Both the position numbers and the translations under genes were made by a program. A model generated the notes under the pieces. The model was not told the DNA's origin. It saw nothing but the letters and a program-made list of their open reading frames with translations, and ran no database searches. From the NCBI GenBank assembly GCA_000165425.1, contig CT868330.1, positions 434,001 through 483,735 of the forward strand: a stretch of 49,735 nt of DNA, read 5' to 3'. The DNA comes from Paramecium tetraurelia (taxonomy: Eukaryota). This document shows, in pieces, positions 1 through 12,632 of this stretch; within the stretch, counting starts at the first letter, position 1, and each line of letters starts with the position of its first letter.

Positions 1-1413
1 TTATGATCGAAAACCAAAATTTTTAGTGGATCAGGATCATATGATGAAAGAGGCCATGGTATGAAGATTGGGAGATGGATCGAATTGAGTGATAGATTAT
101 TTGAAACAACATTAGTAACCTATATTGGCTATTATAACAATGGGAAAAAAACTGGCAGGTGGGATATTTGGTTAACTCAGTTAAGTATATATCAAAGTCA
201 TAAACTAAATTTATTAATGTAAACGTAATTATATAAAGTTTTTACGTAATGTGGATAGTGGAGGAGGATCTTACGATGGAGAAAATGGCTTTAAGAATGG
301 GAAGTGGATTGAAATAAGTGAGGGGTCTTGTGAGAATGAATTAATAACGCATAGTGGGGAATATCGAAATGGTAAAAAAATTGGGAGATGGGAGACATTT
401 TATAAAGAATATTATGTTAATGGTTTTACTTTTCAAGCTGGAGGATCATATAGTGAAGAAGGGGATGGCTTAAAGATTGGAAAATGGATTGAGTTAGACG
501 AAAACTTTTCTAGATTCTCCTAAGTAATCTATAAAGGCGAATATCAATTTGGCCGAAAAATTGGGAAATGGGAAATTAAATCTTAAATGGATTAGATGTA
601 AAGAATTAAACATTAAAAATTTAGAGGTGGAGGATAATATGATGAGGAAGGTTAGGGTTTGAAGATTGGAAAATGGATAGAGCTAAGTCATGATTTTTCT
701 TAAGACTTATAAGTATTTTACAAAGGAGAATATCATATTGGCAAAAAAATTGGGAGATGGGAAATTGAAAATGAAAGGAAACAGATGTAAGGAATTAAAA
801 ATATAACAACTTTAGAGGTGGAGGATGTTATGACGAAGGAAGTAGTGGCTTTAAGGTTGGGAGATGGATTGAATTGTGTGAAGAAAGTAAAAGTGATTCA
901 TTAATAACTATTATTGGTGAATATGAAAAAGGGAAAAAAATTGGAAGATGGGATATTTGGTATTAAAACTACGCTAAGAATAAATTAATGTATGTATAAA
1001 ATAAATAATTTTAGTGGTGGTGGATTATATGATGAAAGAGGTCTGAACATTAAGATAGGGAAGTGGATTGAATTAAGCGATAGATTCACATAGGACTAGA
1101 AAGTCATTTATAGTGGTGAATACAAAAATAATATGAGATCTGGGAGATGGGATATTTGGTATTAGAAAGATAATGAATTTTAAAGAATGTAAATATTAAA
1201 ATATAGACATTTCCTAGCGCTGGAGGATAATATTAAGGCGATAGCATTAAGATTGGGAAATGGATTGAGTTGAGTAAAGGATTTAGGAGTAACAATTAGC
1301 CATCAGAACAAATAACTTATCATGGTGAATATAATAATGGTAAAAAAGTTGGTATATGGGTTGCAATGAATCTAAACTGTAAGAAGCTTAAAGAATTGAA
1401 TTATAATAATTGA
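1..1413 (+). CDS. 5'-partial repeat protein with GGGxYDE..G.KIGKWIEL..Y.GEY..GKKIGRW units (MORN-variant/YwqK-like; Paramecium-type repeat family)
   Basis: About 7 tandem repeats of ~55-70 aa read in code 6. Phase-2 introns sit at repeat junctions (ending 26; 219-258; 598-624; 787-815; 990-1014; 1189-1217). TGA at 1411-1413. Confidence 0.85.
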
Positions 1414-1868
1414 TTAATTCTGATAATTCTTAATTCATCGAGACTTTGTATTAGTTTTATACTTACTTATTTTGTTTGTTTGTTATATTAATTTAAAAGC
1501 TGATTATCTTCTAATGTGATGGCGTAGTGGCTATTTTCATTAAAAAGTTTGGATCTTCTCTTTTATATTTTTCAAAATTCCTTGTCTTCTTCTTAGACTC
1601 ACATATATTATAGACTATTTTGAGATAATACTACTATTAGTTTATTCACTATTGGTTATTAGAATTCACAATTTTAATTTCTGAAGGGTAGCGTAGTTAT
1701 TTAATTTTATAAAATATATAATTAACATTTTTAATCATATTAAGAGTTCTAATTATAAATTTAAAGAATTTTATTACTCATATATTTAGACATAAAAGAC
1801 TTTTGTCAAATATGAAATTTAGCAACAAAGTAATATTTATTAAGGGAAAATATCTAAAATTTAAAAAT

Positions 1869-3115
1869 TCAATCTTATTAAACTAATTTACCCTTATCCC
1901 AAACACCAACAATCTCTGTTCCGTTTGCTTCAATTAAAATTCCTTTTCCATGCTATTTACCATTATGCCATGCTCCTTTGTAGGTTTTCCCATCTGCGAA
2001 AGAAAAGACTCCGTAACCTTCCTTTTTATCCTCTTTGTAATCACCAATATATTTATTGCCATTGACCCAAATAAATGTACCTTTGCCATTCATTTGGTTC
2101 TTCAACCACTCTCCAGTATAGACTTGTCCGTCTGGCCATTTGTAGGTGCCAAATCCATCAATGTAATCTTTGAAATAACTTCCTTCATAGCAGTTTCCAT
2201 TAGACCAAAGATATTTTCCATTTCCATGCTTCATACCTCCTTAATATTATCCTGTATAAGTATCTCCAGATACCCAGGTCTCTGTTCCCTAGCCATGCTT
2301 TTCATCATCTTGCCACTCTCCTTCGTAAATATTACCTTCGCTATCCACATATTTGCCAAATCCACATTGTAAATCGTCTACCCACTCTCCTTCCTCGAAT
2401 TTATTGATAAAGTAATCTATACATAATATGAGCCGTCAGAACGAATCAATCTTCCTTTGCCATTGGCTCCGTGATTTTACCAATAGCCCTCATAGTAGGT
2501 GCCATCTGGCCAATACTAACGCCCCTTGCCTTGCTTTTGCTTATTTCTCCATTGGCCTACATATATAATGCCTGTGCTAATGAATTACTAGTTTGTATAG
2601 TATTAATAATTACATGAGGAGGTAGAGAAATGCAATCATTAAATTTTTTATTCAAGTCAGGATCATATTAAAAGGGAGGAAGAGATTTAAATATTTTGGC
2701 TACGTTTGAATTAGTAAAATCTGGTTCTTTAACTTAAATTGCAATATCAGAATCTGGGGCGTCATTATTTTTGAAAAGATAATTATCCTACTCCTGCTAG
2801 AGAAATCGATGATTCAAGGGTTCAACTTTTGTTAGTTCATTCTTGCTGCCTATAGACTTATCATTTAGATCAGATCTTGGTGAAGTGAACTAATTTAAAG
2901 TCAACATTTACTCCACTGTTTATTTATGGCTTGGATGAATTTTCTTTAACATGTATCTGATTTGTTTGTTGTAAAGGTTATTGGGATTCAGAAGCTTGAC
3001 GTTGTGTGTTTTAATGAGTGGATACATTTGTACTTTAGGATTGGCGAGATTAAATTTATCGCTGTTATTATTATCTTTAGGTATTAGGTTGCTTTTTAAT
3101 GCATGCTGAACCCAT
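1869..3115 (-). CDS. MORN-repeat protein with predicted N-myristoylation/palmitoylation (MGSAC)
   Basis: ATG at 3115 gives MGSACIKKQ. Many YxGxWxxxxxHGxGxxxWxDG repeats (ORF 1953..2234 is a fragment). TGA at 1869-1871. Short introns present. Confidence 0.9.
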
Positions 3116-3177
3116 ATTGAATTTTAATTTTATATAATAAAAGCATTTTAACTAAATATCATCTTATATACTGATTC

Positions 3178-4104
3178 TCATCCTTGGTTTAGCTTGATTG
3201 CATCCTTGATTGATTCATTCTGGATTGTTGCATAATGGCTATAATTGTAAACTAATATGATACATTATGTTTTGTTTGTCTTGTCAAGTCTAGTGATCTC
3301 TTGAGTTTATTGGCTTTCTAGTTCTTTTCTCACATTTTAATATTTTTACAGTAACCTAAAATTAGATCAACAAATTCACTTTTCTAATTCTTGAGATCGA
3401 ATTTTTCTTTATTCCTCTTATCCACTCAAGATTCTCTATGTTAGAGCATTCAACTCATTAATTTGTTTCTGTCTTAATTGAGTAATCAAATTTCTAATCT
3501 TTTACTATCTACAGGAGGTCCACTTCTCATATTCATCTCTTTCCTAGGCCTAGATTCTTGACTGAATGACATGAGCCTCTAAATAACTAATTCTATAACA
3601 ATATATAGTACTTTTCTTGTCTAGCCAATTATTCTTCAGTCTTTTTCAAGGCCAAAAGCTCAGCTGAATCCTTTGGTTTTACAGGAAGGCTATTTTCTAA
3701 TTCTTCTGAAAATTATCTTAATTCTTCTTCTTGTCTTTACAGAGTTTATTCCTTCACTTTTTGAGCTTCGTTGTCAAACTCTACCATCTTATCATCCCAA
3801 AACTAATTAAATTAATTGAATTCTTCAAGATGTGCTTTTTCAATCTCTTGTTTCTCTGAGTAGTGTCTATCTTTGACACCTCCTTTGTTTTTTAGATCTA
3901 ATTCTTTCTTTAATTCTGCCAGTCTTTTCTTCGCTTGATCAGCTTCCAAATACTTGCCAGCTTTTTCACAGCTCTTTTAATGATCGTATAATATTTGTCT
4001 ACTATCAAAATCAATTGATACATATATTCTTCTAAATCTCCTGATTGGGTTGGGAGATTATTTGTGCCTTTTCTTGATGAAGTCGGTCTCTAAAATTAAC
4101 TCAT
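3178..4104 (-). CDS. Coiled-coil protein of unknown function
   Basis: Reads MSQFQRPTSSRK...CEKAGKYLEADQAKKRLAEL...FNQFWDDKM...ELLALKKTEEQLARQE; E/K/Q-rich heptads; short introns; TGA at 3178-3180. Confidence 0.8.
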
Positions 4105-4322
4105 TAGTGCAGAAAATTGATTTTTAATATTAACGTTAAGAATTAATTTTTGCGCTTAAATATTTGGTGAAGTACTTAACAATTAATTATTAATTTGTAA
4201 ATTAAATGTAAGCAAGATTCTGACATATTACTAATAATTAGATGTTAATTTTTAGTAATCTTTTTTTGTAAATATGTTATCTACAATTTGATATTATTAT
4301 ATTATAAAACATTAATATATAT

Positions 4323-4919
4323 ATGCAAGATTAGCAATTATTAATAAAAGTCATTTCAGTTGGTGACACTCAGAGTGGCAAATCATGCTTGATAAAACGA
4401 TTTTGCGAAGGCAGATTCATCAATAAGTATGTCACAACAATTGGGGTTGATTATGGTGTTAAAAAGATGATGATTTAAAATAAGAAGGTTGCTGTATGAA
4501 GTTTTGCATTCATGTTAGATAAATTTCTTCGATTTATCGGGTGATGAGGATTACAAGGAAATACGAAATCCATTCTTCGCTGATGCTTAAGGGGTGGTTT
4601 TGGTTTGCGATTTAACAGACAGGCAATCTTTTCAAAATTTACCTAAATGGGAAAAGATGATGACTGATAATGGATTGGATTTAAAATAAGCGGCAGTTTA
4701 TGTGGTAGGGAATAAATCGGATTTGAAGAACAAGGAGGTTGATAGTGGTGACATTCTTGCATATGCTAAGAAGAAGGGGTTTGAAGGGATGATATGCAGT
4801 GCAGCTGGAGGGGAGAATGTGAATGAAGTAAATTCCAATTAAAATTGTAGTTATTTGAGAGGATGTTCGCGAAGATTGTGGATTAGATTGAAAATCTGAA
4901 ATAAAAAATCAAAGCTTGA
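4323..4919 (+). CDS. RJL: RJL-family (DNAJC27/RBJ-like, no J domain) Ras-superfamily small GTPase
   Basis: KVISVGDTQSGKSCLIKRFCEGRF..YVTTIGVDYG; INFFDLSGD..Y.EIRN.FF; VGNKSD; CSA. Two short introns. No C-terminal Cys prenylation motif. TGA at 4917-4919. Confidence 0.8.
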
Positions 4920-5194
4920 ATAGTGATTTGATTATTAGTTATATAATTTCTATTTGAAATTTGAATGAAAATGTTTTGATATATAAAATGTAAGATGTTT
5001 GCCCCTATTTTGGATGAAAAGACAGAACACCTAATTTAAATTAGGAATCTATAATAAATTAATTTAATGATGAGCATTTCTTGAAATTTATTAATAATTA
5101 AGAGTTCAATCTTCAGTTGGTATAAGATTAGTAATGATTACAAAAAATTTATATTCAATTCAAAGTATTAATATTTATTTCTCAAAAAGGAAAA

Positions 5195-6379
5195 ATGGGG
5201 TAAACCTGTACAATAAACTCTTGTTGTACGAAGGAAGAGATTCAAGCTTTAAAGAATTCAGGAAGATCTCTCGAAATCTAAACGAAAAAGACGAAACTTT
5301 CTCAACAAATCCATAAAGACGAAGAAAGGGTGGAGGATAAAACACAAAAAAAGAAAAGTGATACAGTCTCTGATTTAATGGCATCCTCACAGCATAGTAA
5401 GATGTCCATCAAGCAAATTGAAAAGAATCTTCCTATTCAAAATTAAGATGCAAATTAAAATCCTCTGATACAGAAGACTGTGGGAGCAGGAGAAAGAATT
5501 AAGCTACCAGTAACTATGATGAATAATCTAGGTTATGTTGTTACCGAATGGTGCATAATATGAGGGTGAGTGGCTTGAAGGAAAGAGGGATGGATATGGT
5601 AAATAATCTTGGCCAGATGGATCCGTTTATGAAGGGGAATGGAAAGAGGATAAATCTTGCGGAAAGGTAAAGTTGAATAAAATATCAAAGGGGAAACTCA
5701 CACATGCTGATGGAGATGTATACGATGGAGATTGGGTGGATGATGCTGCAAATGGATTAGGAATTTATATTCATGTGAACGGAGCCAAATACCAAGGAGA
5801 AGTATAGGTTTTAATACATTAGTAAGTGGTTAAATGATAGTTAACATGGAAGAGGAATAGAGATATGGCCAGATGGAGCTAGATATGAAGGAGATTATTC
5901 ATTAGGTAAAAAGCATGGCAAAGGCAAGTTGAATTTTGCTGATGGTTCTTGTTATCAAGGTAACTGTCATTTACAATTTAGGTGAATTTTATGATAACGA
6001 AATTCAAGGCTTTGGGAATTATCAATGGCCAGATGGGAGACTGTATGAAGGGGAATGGATGAGAAACAAGATGCATGGTAAAGGTGAGATTAAGTGGCCA
6101 GATGGAAGACAATACAAAGGAGTATTTATAGTTATAATAAATGAGGAATATGAGAACGATAAGAAACATGGCAAAGGAGTGTTCCTTTGGGAAGATGGAA
6201 GAAAATATATTGGAATTTGGTATGGAGGTAAATAACATGGTGTTGGAATTTATTATTCAAGTGATAATGTAATGCGAATTGGAGAGTGGGTGGAAGGAAA
6301 GAGAGTAAAATGGTATGATAAGGAGGAAATAAATGAACTAGAAAGAAAGGGTATAATAGATGAACTTAGAAATTAATGA
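5195..6379 (+). CDS. MORN-repeat protein, N-acylated (MGQTC..SCC)
   Basis: ATG at 5195 in AAAATG context. Repeats such as [22 protein letters not shown]. Several ~22-25 nt introns. TGA at 6377-6379. Confidence 0.9.
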
Positions 6380-6408
6380 TTTCTATATATTTATATTAAC
6401 TACATTAC

Positions 6409-8156
6409 TCATTTGAACTTATTTAATAAAGTTTATATGTCAATACTTTTTCTATCAGTAGGATCAAAAATTTGTTCTCTATTTTGTTTGTGCTTTTTAG
6501 CTGCTTTAATGGGATTCCCAGCAAAGGCCTCTTCTAATCCAACTAATTCTGAAGTGGGGTCAGGCTATTAGTTTAGAGGAAAACTTTTACATTATAATTT
6601 TGTTGAACTTAAGCAGTTTAAGGTCGTTTTAATTTTGACTTTTCAAGAGGCCTTTATTTGATAGCTAAACTGAGTAATCTATTTTCATCAGGTTCTTCCA
6701 ACATATCCTTGTCTAATTAATGTTTGACTTACTCCTCTAGATCTTTCAATTCCTCTACATTTCCGAGCTAAGTTTATTATATAGAACATACATCAAATTT
6801 AGAGTGCATCATTTCTGCTATATCATATAGTTATTTGATTTGGCTATTATCTGAAATTATCTAAGACTCTGTTGGTAAGTCATTATCATCAATATAGATT
6901 TCAGTGGCTGGTAACTTTTCATAGAGTTTATCCCTCAAATGATCATCTTTGATTAATGGGTTTGAACTAATAATCAATTATTGTAAATTCAAAGATTCTA
7001 AATAATCAATTTAGAATTCATCAGCTAATTCATTACCTTCAATATCTAAAATGGATATCTTTTCATGAAAGGCTAAGGGACTGATGTCTTTGATATTATT
7101 GAAGGAACAATAAAACTCTACAAGATTTGGCATGCTCATAATTCCTAACATTGGATAAGTTTAGTAGTTATACCTGAAATATCAGTTAATTTTGAATTGC
7201 TGATCCAAAGAATTGATAAGTTCCTCAATTTAGTGCCTAACAAACGCAAAGATTCTATTTATGAATTATTCAGTTTAAGTTCTTGTAAATTTGATAAGTA
7301 TTCTCCTAGCATATAAAGTGAATCATTCATAGTATTGAATCTAAATTAGATGGATGTGATTTCATCAAACGAACTCTAGATTTAAGAGATATATATGTAC
7401 TTCATTTTTTTTTGTGATTTCTTATAAAGTATCAATATCCATAGTATCGTAAATCATGTCATCAACTTTTCTTTTGGCAATTTAAAATTAAAATACTGGT
7501 TCTGATATTTGAGATTCTTACTTCTTTGGTAAGGACAATTTCTTTGTTTCAACTTCTTCTTCTTTTTTGATTTCAATTTTTTTAGCATGTGATGTCAATG
7601 AAGATCTTCTCAATATTGAAGGCTTGGCTACAAGGGAATTATTAAGGCTTGATTCTTAATTCTGTACGATAGACTTCTCTTCATCTTGTTATTACTATTT
7701 GGCAGATGAGAGTCTTTTTAATGCAAAAATTGGAGGTTTTTGTTCTTTGGGTTCAATTTATAATTATTCAGTATTCTTTTATATCTTCTTAATCATTAAC
7801 GGCCTTGTTGGCTAGGCTGATGTAATTCTGTTTGTTATAATTGATTGCTTTAGTTGGGAAATCTTGCTTTAATCTAATAATTTGGAGGAATTAAGAGAAG
7901 AAGGAGGCTTAGATGAATTTGGTGTGGCTGTCTCCTTATAAAAATTGGATGTGGCAGTAGACATAGCATCTAGTTTGCTTTTCTTCATATTTTCTTGCCG
8001 ATCTCCAACTTGTCTTACTCTAAAGTTTCCCTTATAATCATCACTTATGAATTCCTCGGGTACAACCTTTCTATTTTTCTCTTCTTGGTATTTAAGAACA
8101 AAACTTTGAGCTAAGGACTCGTCTAGTCTTTCTAATAATTTTTAGTTTAATTTCAT
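6409..8156 (-). CDS. LRRC56: Leucine-rich repeat protein resembling LRRC56/ODA8 (outer-arm dynein assembly factor)
   Basis: LGEYLSNLQELKLNNSQIESLRLLGTKLRNLSILWIS...LQEFYCSFNNIKDISPL...LDIEGNEL matches my recollection of the LRRC56 LRR block. Long low-complexity N-terminus. TGA at 6409-6411. Confidence 0.7.
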
Positions 8157-8222
8157 TCAAATTTTTATTATTCACTTAAACAAGTTTCATTTATATAATT
8201 ATTTTATTAACTGACACACTAG

Positions 8223-9384
8223 ATGAGTTAATTAACATCAAACAAAGGAAATGTCTATGACGAAAATGCAATGACTGATGAAAAAGGAAAGATAAAATCG
8301 TAAACCTTATAAGTGTTCGTATCACCAAATGAACAACCAACACTATTGAGTCAGAATTTTGTTTATGATGGATTTAATACCCCAAAAGTATGAATCAAAT
8401 TCTAATATTCAGATTCCATGTTTGTATCATAAAGGGAATATATTAACTAATTTTTGCTCATGCATTTAGTGTTTGCTACCATTATGTCCTTAATGTGTAG
8501 AGGAGCACATCATAAAACATAAGGAGGAATAGACTTCCAATAAAATTGAATGTCTGGAGAATGTCTTAAATACTGTTTATAAAAATATTGTTCAAGAAAG
8601 TTTAAATATTATCCTAACCTTATTAGCTAATTTCTTTGCCAAAAGTTATTTTGATTTGAAAAACAATGTCGATAGCATGGCTTATGCAACAGATAATACT
8701 ATTAATAAATTACTTGACATTTAAAATCGTATAATTAGGGTTGTAGAACAGTTCTTTAAGTCTTTAATTAATGATGTGCAAAATAAGCAAAAAAAGAATT
8801 AATAAAATCAAGAGAAGGATGCTGAATCACTCAAACAGTTGGTATTTTATTGCAATTGACTTTCTAGGTATAATAAAGATGGTCATCTCATGTAACCTTT
8901 TTGGAGACTTTGAATTCTGAAAATAGTATGACTTCAGTTATCTAATTCTTCGGAACATCCTTACTTGAAGACAATGACAAATATTTCAATATCTTGGATT
9001 AATACTCAAACAGATTTGAATAGGTGACATCAGATATCATTTTCAATTAAGAAAAAGCGTAATACATAATAAGTATCATTTAGAATAGAAATTGCTGCTC
9101 ATTTAAGTCACATAATCAAAATTAGACATAATGATGTACCTGAATTTATTAAAATCCACACTCTACCAAGTCCAAATATATCAGATGCTGTTTCCTTCCA
9201 TTCTAAGACACCTAGTCATATCAAACCATCACAACCCCTATATCCATCAATCTAGTAGCCTGCATTCACTCCCCCTTAACATGTGATTACAGGAGCCACT
9301 AGAATACTCGATAGTGGTACATTTTACACAGACAAACGATATACAGACTCATTGAATAGGCTTCCATAGTATTAAATGAGATGA
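8223..9384 (+). CDS. B-box-type zinc finger plus coiled-coil protein
   Basis: PCLYHKGNILTNFCSCIQCLLPLCPQCVEEHIIKH, followed by a helical region and a Pro-rich tail. Several short introns. TGA at 9382-9384. Confidence 0.75.
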
Positions 9385-9788
9385 TGATATTTTTACATGT
9401 AACATAAGACTTCACTTATTTGCATTTAATTAATAATTGGATGAATATGCAGAATTATTAAAATATTTCAATTCTAAATAATTTGATGAAGAAAATGTTG
9501 CTATTCCAAATTCGTAATAGAAAAAAGCTGTCTCTTTTTAAATCACCAAAATAATAGATTAATTATTTGTGAAGATTAATTTCAAGATGATAAAATTTTG
9601 ATAAAAATACTATCAAATAGAATATATAATCCCTAATATCTTAGTAAAATAATAACCAAGAAATAGGATTAAATTATAGAATTGGATGACTAATTGACAA
9701 GGATTTAGGAATTGAATAAATATGATAGGAAGCTAAAAATGATATTATTAACCATAAATTAATTATTTTTCTTAATTAAACTAAAACA

Positions 9789-11039
9789 ATGAATAATGAT
9801 ATCTATCAAAGTATGAACCTTTAGATAGATTCACACATCTAATAAAATGAAAAGGGAACCCCTAATAATTAAAGGCCAAGAAATAGCTTAATTGATTAAC
9901 TGTTTAAATCAAATGAAAAGAATTAATCAACTCCAATTGTTGATAGTTTTAATGATTTAAGATTCTAGGATGCATAATATGAAGTCACACCGAGATAAGA
10001 TTTTGAGATCAGAGGTCATGATAATTAGCATATAACCTTCAGGTCTGAAAAAAAATAAAATTAATAGAAGAATAAATATTTTCATTCTCCTTCAAAATAA
10101 TGTGAGGGTGATTTAAGACATAAGCAATAAATTCAAGTTGATGAAGAGTAGACAGATTTACAAGAGTAAAGAAAATAGAAAATAAGAGAGTTAGAACAAA
10201 AAATATAACAAGCTCAAAGGAAGATTGAAGAGAAAGAGGGATAAATAAAAGCAAATTAAGAAATAATCATAAATTTTGAAAGTTTTATCTTAAAGGATTA
10301 TAATCCTGAAGAATTCGAGAAAATCATATTGTCTGAAAGTAATTTCGTAACAGATAATATATTGATAAATAATCTTATATCATAATTGAAATCATTTTTA
10401 TCAGAATTTTAAAATTCAATTATTGATTTAATAAAGAAGTTTGATGGCAAAGTAAAATTAGACAAAGATGGAGAAGGAAAAGATTTTCAATAAAATTCAC
10501 ACTTGATAATTAAAGAATTCCAAAAATTTGCAGAAAAACAATAAAAGAATGTCATCTCTGATAATAAAAGCACCAATACTATTCAAGAAATTAGTGAAAG
10601 TGAAAAGAAATTGTCTAATCAAGAATTCAATTTGCTTGTTTCAAATATAATTACTTAAACAAAGTAGTTAAGAGATATCATATAAAAAAGTTGTTGTCTA
10701 TTAATCAAATTTAATTGTGAAATGTACAATGGTTTATAGGGAATGTCTAAAAGTATTAAACAACTTGAATAAATCCAAAGTATAACAAATTCTGTGAAAT
10801 TAAAAACATAATACTTCTAATCAATTATTAATGATCAAATTAATCTATAAATAACATCTGATGACAATGATCATTTACTGTTATTAGATTTATTGAAACA
10901 ACTAATACATAAATAAGAATAAGCATTCTAATTTTAACAATTCTTTGCAGAGTCTTTATTTAAAAGAATCGATCTTGTTCATTAAAGTGAAGACAACCTA
11001 AGAGAAGATATGGCCAAAAGGCTTCAAAGTTTCAAATGA
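9789..11039 (+). CDS. Hypothetical coiled-coil protein (~416 aa)
   Basis: ATG 9789 and TGA 11037-11039 are in the same frame. Q/E/K-rich in code 6. Confidence 0.7.
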
Positions 11040-11503
11040 TTACTATATTTTAATATTGTTGAATCCGAATCACTTTATATTCCCAATATATCAAAAAAAG
11101 AATAAATGCCAAGACCCTAACCATTTTGAATAAGAGCTATTTTCTTTGCAAATAGCCGAATAGTTCGTACTTATTTTAAAAAAGAACATAGTGATGCTCA
11201 AACTATAGCCATATTTTGTAAGGATGGAGTTTATGAATTTTTCGAATTTTTTTTTTAATCTGAATATATGAAATATTAGCTAGCATAATTTATTAAACAA
11301 TTAACAATTAAGTTTGATATTTATTTATGCATCTAATCATTATTAATAGAATTCTTTTTTTTCCTAAAATTGTAAAATATTATCTTTTGGATTGACATTA
11401 GAAGTTGTTACAAGAATTTTATTCACTAATAACTTAAGTTATCTTGTTCAAAAATATATTGAATGGAATGGAAATAATATGAAAATTAACAAATAATTTG
11501 AAA

Positions 11504-11908
11504 TCAAAATTTGGAATCTTCTTTTATCGTTGCTTCATTAGCGTTGTTTATTGGTTTAGTGAGTTTTCTCTTGCTTTAAATTCTTTCTGTTTTTTCTTAT
11601 TGATTGGGATATGATAATTCTCTAAGGATTTTAGTTAATGACTAATCAAAGGTTTTGGTGAAGTACGCACTGTATTTGTTACATGTAAGGGGTGGTTGCT
11701 GTTTAATCTCATCAAAAATAGAATTAAAACTTTTGGTTTGAGAATTGGGATTTTACAATTATTGAGTAAGATTGGTGAGATTGTGTTATGAAATGTTGGT
11801 CTGATAGTCTTGAGGATTTGGATCACTCAATTATTGTTTCAATAATTTGAGTTATTCTTTATGAATTGATTTGGTCAGCCTGTATTTGGAGATCGAATGG
11901 GTAGCCAT
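11504..11908 (-). CDS. Hypothetical 134-aa protein
   Basis: Intronless code-6 ORF MATHSISKYRLTKSIHKEQLKLLKQ...EDSKF*. The strand base skew fits minus-strand coding. Confidence 0.6.
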
Positions 11909-12265
11909 TATTTATGTATTTTTAGTGTTTTTCTATTTTAATTTAAATGTGAAATTGTGTTAAATTGTAGATTTGAATTGCATTAAATTGGATCAGGCTT
12001 ATTTAAATATAATGGAGGGGAATATAGAGAATTTGAAATAGAGGATAAAGTTATTCACAGTTTTGATGATAAAGTTAATAAGAAATAAATAAAAATTACG
12101 ATTTATAAAATAGGAAATCAGGTTGTGTAATTGATATGAATGATAATTTTGTTAAGTGCTTTTCTGTGAGTATTTATAAATAAGATATATCTTTAACAAT
12201 ACAGGTAAGTAAGTGATAAGTTGATTTGCTAATTTTGATTACATATTTTTAATTGACAAAAAGAA

Positions 12266-12595
12266 ATGTTTGTCGACTTATGGTTAAATTTCTGTTGTGC
12301 CAGACGGCCAAAACAGGAAGACTAAGATCAGCCGATAAGCATCAAGGAGGATTCCAATAAACCAATACTCGATACAGGGTAGGCATATGCACCATCTCCT
12401 CTTGAACAGAAAGCTCTGCAATCAACATCGTAAGAGTTACGGCAGAAGTTACAGGAAGCGTAGGAGAAGAGACAGCAATCATAGTAAGCATAATAGCAGA
12501 ACAACTTCTAGAGTATGATAAATAAAGGAGCAGTAAAAACATCAATTGAAATGGAAGGTATGTTGACAATTACTATTAAGAGTGGAACCTGTTGA
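12266..12595 (+). CDS. Small hypothetical protein (109 aa) with an N-terminal CC pair and a short coiled coil; possibly a 5' exon of the Myb gene
   Basis: MFVDLWLNFCCARRPK...ELRQKLQEAQEKRQQ...; TGA at 12593-12595 if unspliced. Confidence 0.5.
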
Positions 12596-12632
12596 AGGGT
12601 TTCTCTAATTATCTGATAATAAATCCAATAAA

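Noticed and set aside
9385..9788. Possible small gene between the B-box gene and the 9789 ORF
   Set aside because: Every frame I tried hits TGA and no consistent intron model emerged; left unannotated.
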